Part shown: in pieces, positions 30,230-44,543 of the stretch
How the letters are laid out: every line of letters begins with the position of its first letter
How positions within the stretch are numbered: the first letter of the stretch is position 1
Source of the DNA: Octopus sinensis
Taxonomy: Eukaryota
Reading direction: 5' to 3'
Assembly: GCF_006345805.1 (NCBI RefSeq)
Contig: NW_021832139.1
Span: forward strand, 1,466-65,465
Length of the DNA stretch: 64,000 nucleotides
Notes under the pieces: generated by a model
Told to the model about the DNA's origin: nothing
The model's database searches: none
Seen by the model: only the letters and a program-made list of their open reading frames with translations
Program-made: the position numbers and the translations under genes

Positions 30230-30740
30230 GGACTTATTAGACAAAGGTTTTCGCACTACCAATATATGTACAGGAAGACAAAGTTTCGGTTCTTTAGTTC
30301 GTTGATCCTTCCTATCCTGCTCTATAGTTGTGAGTCATGAACATTGTCTGAGGCCTTTATTAATAGGGGTCTTTATAAGATTTCGGGTTACTATTTGTCG
30401 GATTTCGTATGCAACCGACGACTTTACTCAGAAACTGGGAAGCGTCCCGTTACTGTTATGATTCAGGGGCAACAGCACAGACTGTTTGACCATGTTTACT
30501 CGATTTTCCGGGTTAGATTCTGCTTACCGTGTTCTCTTCATTGAGGATCCGGCTGAGTTGATGGCTCGTGGTAGTTGACCATATGCCACATTGTTAGGCA
30601 GATGAGGAGATACCTCGCAGAGACGTCAACTGACTGGAAATTATTGCCACAAGTCTTTAGAGTGGACCCGGGAATATACCGAGAATTGATGAATACAACA
30701 ATGCGCTGTAACGGCGCATACCTCCATCCGTGACCTTTCG
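30230..30740 (+). mobile_element. RTE-clade LINE 3' fragment, decayed
   Basis: RKTKFRFFSSLILPILLYSCES*TL, SDFVCNRRLYSETG, QHRLFDHV and an RGxP-like segment, typical of the RTE ORF C-terminus. Confidence 0.72.
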
Positions 30741-32118
30741 CGATAAAATTGTTCATGTGCCATCTACAATAACCGGAATACTCTGAATGTGTTATAATGA
30801 GGTGAAGTCTACTGTGGATTTGGGATGCTTTGACCTATTACACCGAATGCTATAGAGTCCAAGCAATCAAAATTTCTTTGTGGGCATCCATGGCATTGAT
30901 TAATTTCCAACACGTCCAACACATGGGCTGCGTCCAATACGTTCTAATGCGTCCATTAAAATGGCGCGTTACATCATACGACTTTTTATACAAACTTTCA
31001 ACAAACTTTTAATGTTGAGGTAAAATTCTATCACTACCAACCTCAAATAACTTGCCATATCCTTAAAGACTCACACTGAGACTAAGTCGACCACGGATTT
31101 TGAGACGCTGTAATAATCTCTCACAAAATATCCTTCCGAAATAATCCGCTTGTTATTTCACCTTCCCGTGGTTTATCGAAATATGAATGAAAGTATGGTG
31201 GATCGCTTACATGCATTTATTGCCTTACTACCAGGGATGTAATTGGAAAAATATCTAGGTACCTAGCTTTAACGGACTTAACAAAACATTGCACACATAT
31301 ATGGCTGTGAATGTCTAAATAGACAAGTGTTCTAGCTTAATCACAGAACGCGGATTTATTTTTACCCACCTGCCTTATTTGATATGAAATTTGCTTAAAG
31401 CAGTTAAACCGGCCATATCCAACTCAAATATTCTACCTGATTTATGTCAGAAGTGGTTAGTTCTGGCCTCTCACAGCTACCTTGCAATGTCATTCTAAAA
31501 AAGACGCAACTATATCATTGAAATTTCCAAGCTTCAAAATAATGCATAATTATTTCAAAACTGTATTAATAAATAATATTACATTTCAAAGAATACACTT
31601 AATAGTAAAGGGTTAAGAGACATGTGATTTTAATGATTGTATTTGCTTTGCAAATTACCTGTATTTCATCATAGATTCCACATACTGACCAACAGATAAT
31701 GACTTAGAAATTCTAAATATGCTATTTTCCACAATAAAATCTTCCAACTAGAATGACAATGACTCGGTAACAAAGATGCACTATACTCCATTGGCCTCTT
31801 TATTTGATCAGTTACAGCGGAATTAGCTCCGTTATTCTAAATCGTAATACTCATATTATTGCCTACTAACATTTGTAAGTAGGTGTGTGTAAACAACGAC
31901 CTCTATCGATGTTTATGGAAATGTTAGAGGTATTATTATTCAGCAGAATAGTAGAGTTGGGTCTCATTCAAAAAATCTAGTTCATGAAGACTTATCCTGC
32001 AATGCTGTACAGTTAAATAATGCGGTATTTACTCAACAGCAGCGAATTTAGCGAGAAAACCCATCAATAACTACAACTATGAGTTACATCATACGAAATA
32101 CGATATCATATATATATA

Positions 32119-32178
<60 letters not shown>

Positions 32179-32294
32179 ATACATCAATGGTGATATATTT
32201 AGATAGGGGCATCAAACTACATATGCAAAACCACACACATACAAAACACAAATATACACACACACTTTCACACACGTACATACATATGATATAT

Positions 32295-32343
<49 letters not shown>

Positions 32344-32359
32344 GTATATGTATATGAAT

Positions 32360-32713
32360 TCTTCTTTGTATCAGTCATTAGTCGAACAAATCGACTCTAG
32401 GACTTATTTTATGCAAGCTTAGTATTTATTGTATCAGTCTCTTTTGCCGAACCGCTATGTTGCAGGGACAAAAAACACCAACGTTGGTTGGCAAGTGTTG
32501 GTCAGAGTACAAACACAAACGCGCGCACACACACACATACACACACATACACACACATATATGACGGGCGTCTTTCAGTTTGTCTACCAAATCCACTCAC
32601 AAGGCGTTCCACGGCACGAGGCTATAGTAGAAGACACCGAAATTGCCAGGAAATGTGATTGAACCGTGTGTTTGGCAAGCAACGTATTTACCACTCAGCT
32701 ACTCCTGTCTGCG

Positions 32714-32715
<2 letters not shown>
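32360..32715 (-). mobile_element. SINE family B, diverged
   Basis: gtcgaacaaatcgac...ttttgccgaaccgcta...gtctaccaaatccactcacaagg blocks. Confidence 0.7.
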
Positions 32716-32761
<46 letters not shown>

Positions 32762-32778
32762 TAAACACTCGCATAAAC

Positions 32779-32899
32779 ATCAGCGCACTTAACAATATAT
32801 TTAGACATATTTATATGCATCTAAATGCAAGTATCTGTATATATATATATATATATTATATATATATATATATATAAATATATTGTTAAGTGCGCTGAT
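32779..32899. repeat. Perfect 25-bp inverted repeat within (AT)n
   Basis: atcagcgcacttaacaatatattta at 32779-32803 and its reverse complement at 32875-32899. Confidence 0.85.
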
Positions 32900-33447
32900 A
32901 TATATATATATATATTAAATTTTATTTGTTAGGGAATAAATATTCCTGCATAACAGAGGTTCAAATTATTCTCAATGAAGAAATATATCTTAATATATAT
33001 ATACATACATATATATATATAAATATATATATTTATATATGTTTGAGTCTTTTGGTGTATGTGTGTATGTGTGTGTGTGTGTGTGTGTCTCCATATGGTC
33101 TCATGTATACAAACGCATGTAGATTTGCTGTATTTAGTTGTGAGCAAACGCCACCTGCGCGGTACTTCGCTTGTGATAAGTAATTAAACCTTGGTACCGC
33201 GATATCAACATGACCAGAGGCATGTTTTTCACAGAAAGAAAGCCTGGACTTCCTGTGAATTGCGAGCGAAATCTTGCAATACTTCTGGATATAACAAGTC
33301 GATCTTAAAATGATTATACTCCGTTCCCTGTGTTGACTAACATAATGCATGTTACATTACACATTGCGCATACACGTACCGTTATATATGTATGTATGTA
33401 TGCATATATATGTCCGTGTGCGTGCATATGTATACATCTCTCTCTCC

Positions 33448-33480
<33 letters not shown>

Positions 33481-33590
33481 ACATACCAGTGTGCGTGTGT
33501 CTGTATATACATGAATCTATGTATGTATATGTATGTATGTATATATATCTGTACATACATACACACACATATATATATATATGTATATGT

Positions 33591-33627
<37 letters not shown>

Positions 33628-34452
33628 GACTTGTATATATATGTGCGCGCACGTGTGTTTATGTCTGTATGTATATGTAGGTGCGCATGTGTGTGTGTGG
33701 AATTTGCATGTGTATATATCCATTCAGAAACACAAACACGCATACATCTATCTATACACATATATATATATATTTATATGTGTGTGTGTGTGTGCATACA
33801 TGTATATACATGCATACATACATACATACATGCATACATACATACATACATGCATACTTGCATACATACATACATACATACATACATACATACATACATA
33901 CATACATACATACATACATACACAGAACTCCTGTATATTATTAGAAACGGGTGTGTCAGTTCGTTGTGCTTAATATCAAAACCCAAATGCATGTGTATTG
34001 CAAGTGTTATAAGTAAAAATAACAACGATGGTAAATCCATGAACGTATGTGTAGTGAGAACGTATGCGATATTTATTGGTGACTAATATTGCTTATGTCA
34101 TTAGCAACGATGGGAGATAACTAAGAAACTTTTCACACTTATTTAACTTCTTCAACACAGGTAAGAATCGAAGGACGTAGAATAGAATTCCTAAGATATT
34201 GCAAAGACGCCTGGTTATTTGCTGGCAATGAAGAAAAGAGTTAAGAGTTGATAACTGATAATTGTGTCAGGCGGCGTATTTTCATTTACCAATCGCGAGC
34301 CTGAAGATAAAGGGTTGCTGAGCCAGTAAATATTTGATAATTAAGATATAGGATACACGCGCGGCGCGCACACACACAAACACGTGCACACACATACACT
34401 CACGCACACAAACAAGCACACACGGAAACACTCGACCACACATATATTAATG

Positions 34453-34498
<46 letters not shown>

Positions 34499-34551
34499 CT
34501 ATATATATATATATAAACGAATACATACAGTTATGAGGGAGTACGTACAAG

Positions 34552-34604
<53 letters not shown>

Positions 34605-34605
34605 C

Positions 34606-34639
<34 letters not shown>

Positions 34640-35103
34640 ATATGTTATATATATATGCATATATATATATATATAAATATATATATCTCTATATATAAAA
34701 CTGAATTGCGTTTTTACCGCTTGGTTCGCTTTCAATGCCACTACATCCCGTCCGATTCGCTCCAAAATTTACAGGACATGTAGAATGAGGTGACGATGCG
34801 CGTGGGCTACGTTAGAAATCCCTATCTTAAAAGGTGTGGTTGCTAGGGGCCATCTTCCTACCTCACCCTATTTCCTCCAGTACTCTGTCACTCCTCTTCA
34901 TTTGACAATGCAACTACCGTTATTTAATGTAAAGTCTTCCTCAAATCACTCTGTCGCTATTTACTCTCTTCCAAGAACATTTTCACTCACTCTTATCGCT
35001 TACCTTCCTATACATTTTACTCATGTATCTATCAGCGTTCATGGACAGTAACAAATATTACATAGCCATCCCCATCGCCATCGCATTCTATTGTCTACCT
35101 GTC

Positions 35104-35147
<44 letters not shown>

Positions 35148-35530
35148 CATATATCTAATATTATATTTCTATTTTTATGTTTTTGTTTTTGGTTTTTTAC
35201 TGTTTCATTTCCCTATTAGTGGTTTTATCTCCTATTTAATTTCTACAGCGTGCGCACACACACACACACACACACACACACCTATATGTGGCCCCAGTAC
35301 ACCAGAATGAAATCGGGTTCTCTTCATCAAAATGTGAAAAGGGGTCTACAATTATCATCGCCACAACTTATGTATGTCTTCCTCACTCACTCACTCTTTT
35401 TCCTAATGATAATTATCATCGCCACCACCAACACCACCAACACACAATCTGGACAATCTTTCTCTTATAACAAATCATGTTTACATTGCAACGACGTCTG
35501 CCACCTCCGCCGTCTCTATTTATTCTGCAA

Positions 35531-35729
35531 ATGACCAGAACTCGGGAAACTTGGTTTAGTGTTCTATGGTCTATGACCAGAACTCGGGAAAATTGGTTGA
35601 GTGTTCTATGGTCTATGACCAGAACTCGGGAAACTTGCTTGACTGTTCTATGGTCTATGACCAGAAATCGGGAAACTTGGTTGAGTGTTCTATGGTCTAT
35701 TACCAGAACTTGGGAAACTTGGTTGAGTC
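35531..35729. repeat. 42-bp minisatellite, about 4.7 units
   Basis: Unit atgaccagaactcgggaaacttggtt(t/g)agtgttctatggtct starting at 35531, 35573, 35615, 35657 and 35699 (partial). Confidence 0.92.
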
Positions 35730-36416
35730 CTCATCTTATAAAATGTGGCCCCAGTAGACCCAAATGAAATCGGGTTATATTAACCAAAAGGTGATAAGGG
35801 GTATAAATGGGGCTGGAAGGGGATTAAAATTTAAAGGAGCGGGTGTTTAGCAATTCTCTGTTACATCAAGCTAAAAAATTTGCGCCAGCCTTTGAATCGT
35901 CAATGTGTTGCCGTCCATGATGAAGAAGTTTTGAATGCTTGCCATCGTGAGTCTACTGTCGTGAGAAAGAATCAAGTCAAAACTTGGTTTTTAGGGATTT
36001 TCTTTTACATCAAGTTCAAAATTTTACGCCAGCCGTTGAACTGTCAATACGTTGCTGTCCGTCGTTAAGAAATGCCAGCCATGGTGACTCTACTATCCTC
36101 AAATTCTATCCCTTCAAACTTTGGTTTCCAATATTTTATTATTTTTATTCAGCTCGCAAGTTCGTCTGTCCCTTTTAAATGTTAGTATTTTGCTGTCTGT
36201 CTTGAAGCAGACCTTTCCTTTGTAACTGCCTGATATTTATGATTGATCTTTCAAAATATTTTATTTCTCAACTTACTCAAGATCTTTTGTTGTTTATAAA
36301 TGGGTGAGAGATACATAAAGATAGAGAGTAAGAGAAAGCGAGGGAGAGTCCGAGAGAAAGGAAGAGTAAGAGAGTGGGAAAGTGAGAGAGACAGGAGAAA
36401 GAAACAAAGAGGGAGA

Positions 36417-36735
36417 ATCATCATCATCATCATCATCGTTTACCGTCCGTTTTCCGTGCTAGCACGGGTTGGACAGTTTGACAGGGGTCTGGGAAGCCAG
36501 GAGTCTGCACCAGGCTCCAGTCTGATCTGGCAGTGTTTCGACAGGTGGATGCCCTTCCTAACGCCAACCACTCTGTGAGCGTAGTGGGTGCTTTTTGTGC
36601 CGCCTGCACTGGTGCCAGGGCGGCTGGCAGCGGCCACGATCGGTTGGTGCTTTTTACGTGCCACCAGCACAGAAGCCAGTCAAGGCGGCGCTGCAATCCG
36701 CCACGTTCGGATGGTGCTTTTTACGTGCTGAAAGG
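36417..36735 (-). mobile_element. SINE-like element with (ATG)n tail (RTE-type 3' end)
   Basis: GC-richer block with three internal ggtgctttt repeats, ending (minus strand) ggaaaacggacggtaaacgatgatgatg. Confidence 0.6.
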
Positions 36736-36974
36736 AAGCAACAGAAAGTAACAACCACACTCTTACCCGCGCGTAGAGCGGGTCACCTTCAGCTAGTATA
36801 TATATATATATATATATAGTACAGATAACGGGTGAAATATAATTCATTTAATAAAATCAACAAATTTCACCAAGTAGTTTTTCGGTGTGGAAAAGGACCA
36901 TGTTCGGTAAAATTATATCTAATTATAACAATGAGGATCTTTGCAACAAGTTGCTAGACCATATATATATATGC

Positions 36975-37042
<68 letters not shown>

Positions 37043-37052
37043 TATATATATA

Positions 37053-37092
<40 letters not shown>

Positions 37093-37097
37093 GTATA

Positions 37098-37129
<32 letters not shown>

Positions 37130-37155
37130 TATATATAATATATATATATATAAAA

Positions 37156-37226
<71 letters not shown>

Positions 37227-37289
37227 TATATATATATTACGGGGGTCGTCAGCGACGGTGGGGGAGCAGGCAGAGACACACAAGCACAC

Positions 37290-37435
37290 ACATCTCTTTA
37301 TGCGATGAGCTTCTTCCAGTTTTCCGTCTAACAAACCCACTCACAGGACTTTGTTCGGCCCGTGGCCATAGTAGGAGACACTTGCCCAAGGTGCCACGCA
37401 ATGGGATTGAACCCGGAACCATGTGCTTTGTAAGC
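37290..37435 (-). mobile_element. SINE family B, 5' half
   Basis: ttccagtttccgtc...cacttgcccaaggtgccacgcaatgggattgaacccggaacc. Confidence 0.7.
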
Positions 37436-37549
37436 CACTCTCGATTAGTGGTCATCTTAACCTCATGAAGGTGATGGTTTCATCCAAGTATATACTGGTT
37501 CAATACCTTATATTTTTGCTTCATTTTCTTTTTCTTGTATATCTACGTA

Positions 37550-37638
<89 letters not shown>

Positions 37639-37739
37639 CTGTGCATATATATGTGTGCGCGTGTGCCTGTGTGCGCGTGTGTATGTATATAAAACCCACG
37701 CATATATGTTTGTTTAGATATATACACATATAAGTGATT

Positions 37740-38010
37740 GCAGTTACCCTCCGAGGCACAAGTCCAGCCAACGTTATTTATTGAAGACCAGCAGTCTCCC
37801 ATGCATACATGCCTCCCCTCTCCACGTCACCAGAGTTATCCAATGGAAAGGCAAAAGCCGATACAACTTGGCACCAGTGACGTCGCAACTCATTTCTACA
37901 GCTGAGTGAACTGGAACAACGTGAAGTAAAGTGTCTTGCTCAAGAACACAACACCCAGCGCTCAAAAGCACAACACGTAAGCGCGACGCTCTAACAATTG
38001 AGCCATGAGC
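37740..38010 (-). mobile_element. tRNA-derived SINE (family C), diverged
   Basis: Collinear with 2085-2365. Confidence 0.75.
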
Positions 38011-38076
38011 ATTCACACACTCACACACACACATATATATACTAGCATATAAGTGACCAAAGTGTACGTACGCCGC

Positions 38077-38156
<80 letters not shown>

Positions 38157-38158
38157 CC

Positions 38159-38986
38159 AAATGGGACAAAAACGCAGAACATCCAGATAGACGACACAAA
38201 GAAAGCAAGGAAGGGTAATTCGGAGTTTTCTTTCCTCAGTCGATTTCCAGATTATCTTTGCAATATCGGTTAGTTATGTCCCATTATATACGTAAGTATA
38301 TATTTATCTAAATCTTGGACGACACTATTCTGTCTGTCTATCAGCCCTTCCACGCTTATTCGTCCATTCCACTCTTCGTTCTTTCATTCCCCCTCTCCGT
38401 TCTTTCATTCCCCCTCTCTCACATTTCCCGCCTTCTCTTCTTGCTCACTTACCTTCCCTTTTTCACTTCACTGTGTCCCTGCCATTTTTCTAACCCCTCC
38501 TTAATTCTTCTGTCCCTCTGCCTCTACCTCTCTCTCTTCTTTCCACACGTGACAAGCTTATCTTTCTTTCTTTATTTGGCCGTCGTCCGTGCAACGTCTA
38601 TATTCATCTCTGTGCCCGTGAAACATTTTATCCCTGCCGTAAGGCATTATTTCCACGGAACCAGCTTAATTTAATTCGTCCTTAGTCGAAAGACACCTGT
38701 TGCTATGTCCTGTTATTTGTATTTGTGTAACATTCTCTTTTTTTTTCCGTCCTTGTTTTCGTATACATTTGCTGCTTTCTTCCAAGGAATCTAATGGTCT
38801 TAGCTTAGTTTTTCCTTGGAGCAGGCGAGATTGGAGCAATCTCGAGTATAACCAGCGGAAATTGCAAAGATGATCTGGAACTCGATTGAGGAAAGAAAAG
38901 TCCGAATGTGTCGTTTATCTGGGTGTTTTGTAGTTCTTTTTATGTATCACCTAACTCTCTGGATGTTTAGCCTTCTTGTCCCATTT
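38159..38986. repeat. Dispersed inverted repeat pair enclosing about 570 bp
   Basis: 38219-38277 vs 38848-38906 (51/59 complementary) plus outer blocks aaatgggacaa/ttgtcccattt and aacatccaga/tctggatgtt. Confidence 0.8.
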
Positions 38987-39014
38987 TGTATTTTAATATA
39001 TACATACATACATG

Positions 39015-39090
<76 letters not shown>

Positions 39091-39106
39091 GTGTATATAT
39101 GCATGC

Positions 39107-39139
<33 letters not shown>

Positions 39140-39180
39140 ATATATTATATATATATACATGTATACATGCATATATACAC

Positions 39181-39215
<35 letters not shown>

Positions 39216-40573
39216 GGAGAGAGAGAGAGAAAGGAAGAGATAGGTAGATAGATAGAAAGATAGATAAATAGAGGAAGAATGAAACAGAGAGAGAATAGCC
39301 CTCGGTGTCGCTATTCGTTATATTTCCCATCACCAATATGTGCATCCCTACCTATGCGTAATCAGCCTCATTGATTTGTGAGAGAAGGCTTGGGACTTAA
39401 ACTTTTACACACTATGAGAACCTGTATACCTAATGCGCTCTGTGCAAATCCTTCACATGTACCCTACAATTTCTTAATGAATCTTGTATATGATATGCCG
39501 TTCTGAACTATTTTAGATAATGCCACTGAAGCGGCTGAAATAAAAAAATATAAATATTTTGGCAACCAAAAATGATATCACATCTACGGAGCCTTCTTTG
39601 GATGAATATTGGCAGTAACTAATGGGGGAAATCATTGTTTTATTCGTGTTTTGCTGCAACACTTGTTTTCTCTGAAAGTTTACGGATATTGCTTAGTGTG
39701 AAATTTTACTCTTATATCTAGCAGGTCCAGCGAATACGTAGTTACTCCCAACACTGCCGTAGGCACTTTTGTATACCAATGTTATAATGATTTCTGGAGC
39801 AAACACGAATGTTTGTAGGGAAAGACAGAATATAAACTATTTCTATTAGCTGTTTCATGCCATGAAATACATTCAAATCTCAGTACTAAACACACCACAA
39901 TTCCAGTGATACATGCACAAAAATTAAATGTCTTAGAGCTTCAAAGTATGTTGTTTGGGGCCTACTTCGAAAGTAAGGCCCAGGACAATATTTCTGAAAC
40001 AGGTTTTAGGAACAAATACGCCCTATGTGGCATGCATCAAATTCGGTTATTCAGACATACGTTGAGATCTCTAGTCATTCTAAATGGAAGAAAAATAGCA
40101 CCGACTTTAGCGTATCTTGAATTCTGCCCAGAAAAGGGCCATAACTCGGTATGAGATTCAATTTCATGTAAAACAACGCCATTTAGTCTTACTATAACGT
40201 CTATTTTATCCGATATATTACTAATAAAAATATATGCACAATCTATTGTATAAAGATGCATGCACGATCTATTGTATAAATTATACGAATTACATACTTG
40301 AAATAGATGCAGAAGAGCTAATGTAAAGTGGCATTAATCGATATTATTCTATGGAGTATATTGGATGGTCTGGATATTCAAATGAAAGAAAAACTTTGAA
40401 TATTTTCGCATTGTCATTCTTTAATTTTGAATCTATAAAAGGCTCTGGCGAGAAAGTTATATCTGCACGGATAAGCAATCATACAAACAGTAAAGATATG
40501 TTAACAAACACATAGACAAGGAGAATACACACGATCAAACACAATATATTGACACCAATAGCATATATGTGTA

Positions 40574-40654
<81 letters not shown>

Positions 40655-40772
40655 ATCTATATGTATATATATATATTATATATATATATGCATAAACATA
40701 TTGTATATATATATATAACAAACATACACACACATATAATATATATAAACACACATATATGAATATACATGC

Positions 40773-40805
<33 letters not shown>

Positions 40806-40941
40806 TAATATATATAATATATATATGTATATATATATATATATATAATATATATATATACATAAATATACATATATATATATATGTGCACATATAGTAT
40901 AATACATTACATATAAATATGTGCACATATATGCATGTATT

Positions 40942-40972
<31 letters not shown>

Positions 40973-41021
40973 ATACATATATATACATATATATAAGTAT
41001 GTGCACATATATGTATGTATT

Positions 41022-41088
<67 letters not shown>

Positions 41089-41843
41089 GCATATATATGC
41101 AAGTGTGTTTGTATGGTTTGTATATATCTATATACGTGTATATATGTCTTTAAAATACATAGTTTCATGCACACACACAAACACATGCCCATACACACAC
41201 ATACAAATATATATATTCATATACACACAAATAGAAAAAGAAAGTGAGTGAAAAGGAGGGAATAATATATACGTACTCTGCTAGATGAACATCCGTGTGT
41301 ATATCCAAGTAAGCGAAGGTGTATGCGTTTGTATGCGTGCGTGCTTGTGTGTACGTCTGTGTGTGTGTGTATGCGTCTGTGTGTATAGGTGTGTGTATGC
41401 GTGGAAAGGAGGAAGAGACAGAGAGAAAAGGTAGGAGAAAGGAAAAAACAGAGAGTGCGTGAGGTACAGAATACATGTGAAATATCGTATTTTAAACACT
41501 ATTAATGTATGGCTGCAGCAGATATCCACAACTGCCACATGCTTACACGGTTATCAACATACAAGTGTGTGTGTGTGCGTGCAGGTGTGTCTGGGTGTGT
41601 GTGAGTATACCTGTGTATATGTGTGTGTATGTGTGTGTATGTTGTGTGTGTGTGTGTGGTGCGTGTCGTGGTATACTTGTACAGAGACACACATGCTTAT
41701 ATCTGGATCAAAATCTGTATTCCCACGGATTATATGTCAATATATATGTTTGTGTGTGTCTGTGTGGGGGTGCGTGTCTGAATGTGTGTGCGTGCATGTG
41801 TGTGTTTGTTGTGTGTGTGTGTGTGGTAATATATATATATATA

Positions 41844-41885
<42 letters not shown>

Positions 41886-43511
41886 ATATATATTGCATAT
41901 ATATATATGTATATATACAAACTTATATATGCATATATCTATATGTAGGTTTTTTTTCGTGTGTATGCATATACACCTTTCTCTCTATCTATGTATCTCT
42001 GTATTATATATATATATATATATAGGCATATATATGTATAAGTATATGTATGTATAAGTATATATATATATATATGTGTGTGTGTCTGTGTGTTGTGTGT
42101 TGTGTGTGTGTGTTGTGTGTTGTGTGTGTGTGTGTGTTGTGTGTTGTGTGTGTGTGCGTAGGGAAGGGAGAAAATAAAAAAAATATTGAAACAGATATTA
42201 AGAGAGGTGAGACAGAGAATGCAAGAGAAAGCAGGAGAGAGAAGAAGAGAAAGTGCTAGAAAGCCGGGGTAGAGGGCAGAGATGAGAATTACGGGTGACG
42301 TGAAATGAAATGCAATTCTAGCGTGTTAGCAATGATGCTAATCTCTTTGGACACTATTTCTACTCTTGTGCGATAAGGGCGAATCAATCTCCCCGCCACT
42401 CTTCAAAAACTAATCAGTCGACCCCATGAATTATCTCCCTTCCTCATCGCTCTTCTTCCTATGCACAGCATTCGTCGTCCCTACCGCTACTGCAGGTGCA
42501 ACCGTCATTTCTCTATTATCACTTGATCTTTTCTTCTTTCTCTTTAGGTTACTTTACTATTATTCTTGGAATAGGTGTTGCATATGCTTATTAGATTGCT
42601 TGTTTGACAGGCATTACACATTTGTGGGTCTCCACCGGTTTCGACGAGGAATTTTCACTTGTAGCTTATTAAATTAGCAACAAAGTAGCTATGCATTTCA
42701 TGCGGAGAGAAACAAATAGAAATCGAAACGGAATTACTGCATCAACATTGAAAATAACGGAAAGTTTTCAATGATTGGCATCATTAAGTGACAGATCTAT
42801 TCATTACTGATAAATCATTATTAATTTTTGTTGGTTAATAGCGAGCCCACTCCTCAAATACAATAGACTTAGCAAATATTTATTTTATTACATCCTTGTA
42901 TACAAGCAATTTTCTTATCTAGATAACTTATTAGCTGTACGTTAAACAATTTCATCTTTGCCGCGCATTTTCTGACAGCTACATCAGCTATAAATAGTGT
43001 TTCTATCCATTTCCTAGTCAGTGGTTCGCTGTTCGTGTTAGAACACCTACTGCTCGTACTTACGTCAATGAACGTCCATCAGTTCCTACAGTCTGCTGTC
43101 GTTGCCAAATACTCAAACAAATACAGACTGGTGTAATTATCTTTTCTTTGGTAGCATGAACGGCAGGACACTGTTGACGACACAAATATAAAGTTTTGTG
43201 TTTAAAATAGCAAAAGAAATTGTGTTCTTTTCACCGACTTCAACTTAAATCATTACACTTGCGATACTCGAAGAAAAATAGTCGTCATTACAAGCGTGAT
43301 ACCATAATGGAGAAGAATGAGTATTTTGATTACAAGTTCAGTCTTTGCGACGGGCTTCTACACAGTTTCCGTCAGAACAATGTTATTCATATGGATTGCG
43401 CACTCCAAGGGAGACACAGTTAATCCATTTCCTCAAAACACCACGCAGGATTACGGTAATGAAGTGGACATCGTAACTAATCAACTATGATTGTGTCATT
43501 ATAACTTGCAC

Positions 43512-44018
43512 GTGGCGGCGAGTTGGCAGAAACGTTAGCATGCCAGGCGAAATGCTTAACAGTACTTCGTCTGCCATTACCTTCTGAGTTCAAATTCCGC
43601 CGAGCTCGACTTTGTTAAGGCGGCGAGCAGGCACAATCGCTAGCATGCCGGGCGAAATGCTTAGCGGTATTTCGTCTGCCGTTATGTTCTTAGTTCAAAT
43701 TCCGCCGAGTTCGACTTTGCCTTTCATCCTATCGGGGTCGATTAAATAAGTACCAGTTACACACTGGGGTCGATATAATCGACTTAATCCGTTTGTCTGT
43801 CCTTGTTTGTCCCCTCTATGTTTAGCTCCTTGAGGGTAGTAAAGAAATAGATATTTCGTCTGCCGTTACATTCTGAGTTCAAATTCCCCCGAGATCGACT
43901 TTGCCTGTCATCCTTTCGGGATCGATAAATTAAGTACAGGCTGCGTACAGGGGTTGATCTAATCGACTGGCCCCCTCCCCACAAATTTCGGGCCTTGTGC
44001 CCATGGTAGAAAAGATTA
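43512..44018 (+). mobile_element. SINE family A cluster: truncated copy (43512-43614) plus dimeric copy (43617-44018)
   Basis: Three B boxes (gagttcaaattcc-like); dimer junction aaagaaatag|atatttcgtctg at 43850/43851. Confidence 0.82.
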
Positions 44019-44503
44019 TAACATGTAGAAAAGTGGGCGATTAACGAGTAGCTATAACAAGGGGACTGTCCGCCCCAGGTGCCGTTTTTATGCGGTCGTT
44101 ACTTTTGGAACATCTGAATATGCTTCTTTAAGGACAGGCGGCAAGCGTTACCACAAAATCAGGAGATTCCTTGGCTGGTACTAACCCTTGCTCCGTCACT
44201 GCCCTGAACGGAAACCCTAAGGTGAAAGGACGTTTATAGAATGTGTTAAACTGAACAGCAGTTTTACAAGTACAAGTGCAAAAGAATCCAAGTTTCTCTC
44301 TACTCCCTTAACCAAGCATATTACAATAGTGTTAGCCAGAGCCAACACGCCGAAGGCTCGAAACACTATGATGGTATATGCACGTGCGTGCATGTGCGTT
44401 CGTGTGCATATGCGTGTGTGTATTTGCGTTATGCATGCCTGTCATTTTATATGCAAATCAGTATACACGTACAAACATACACGCAAACACACACAAAATA
44501 ACG

Positions 44504-44543
<40 letters not shown>

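Noticed and set aside
35531-35729. CRISPR-like array
   Set aside because: Units are contiguous tandem repeats without unique spacers, in eukaryotic context with no cas genes.
39906-40154. 82-aa plus-strand ORF
   Set aside because: GTG start, no recognisable motif and no clear donor; likely chance.
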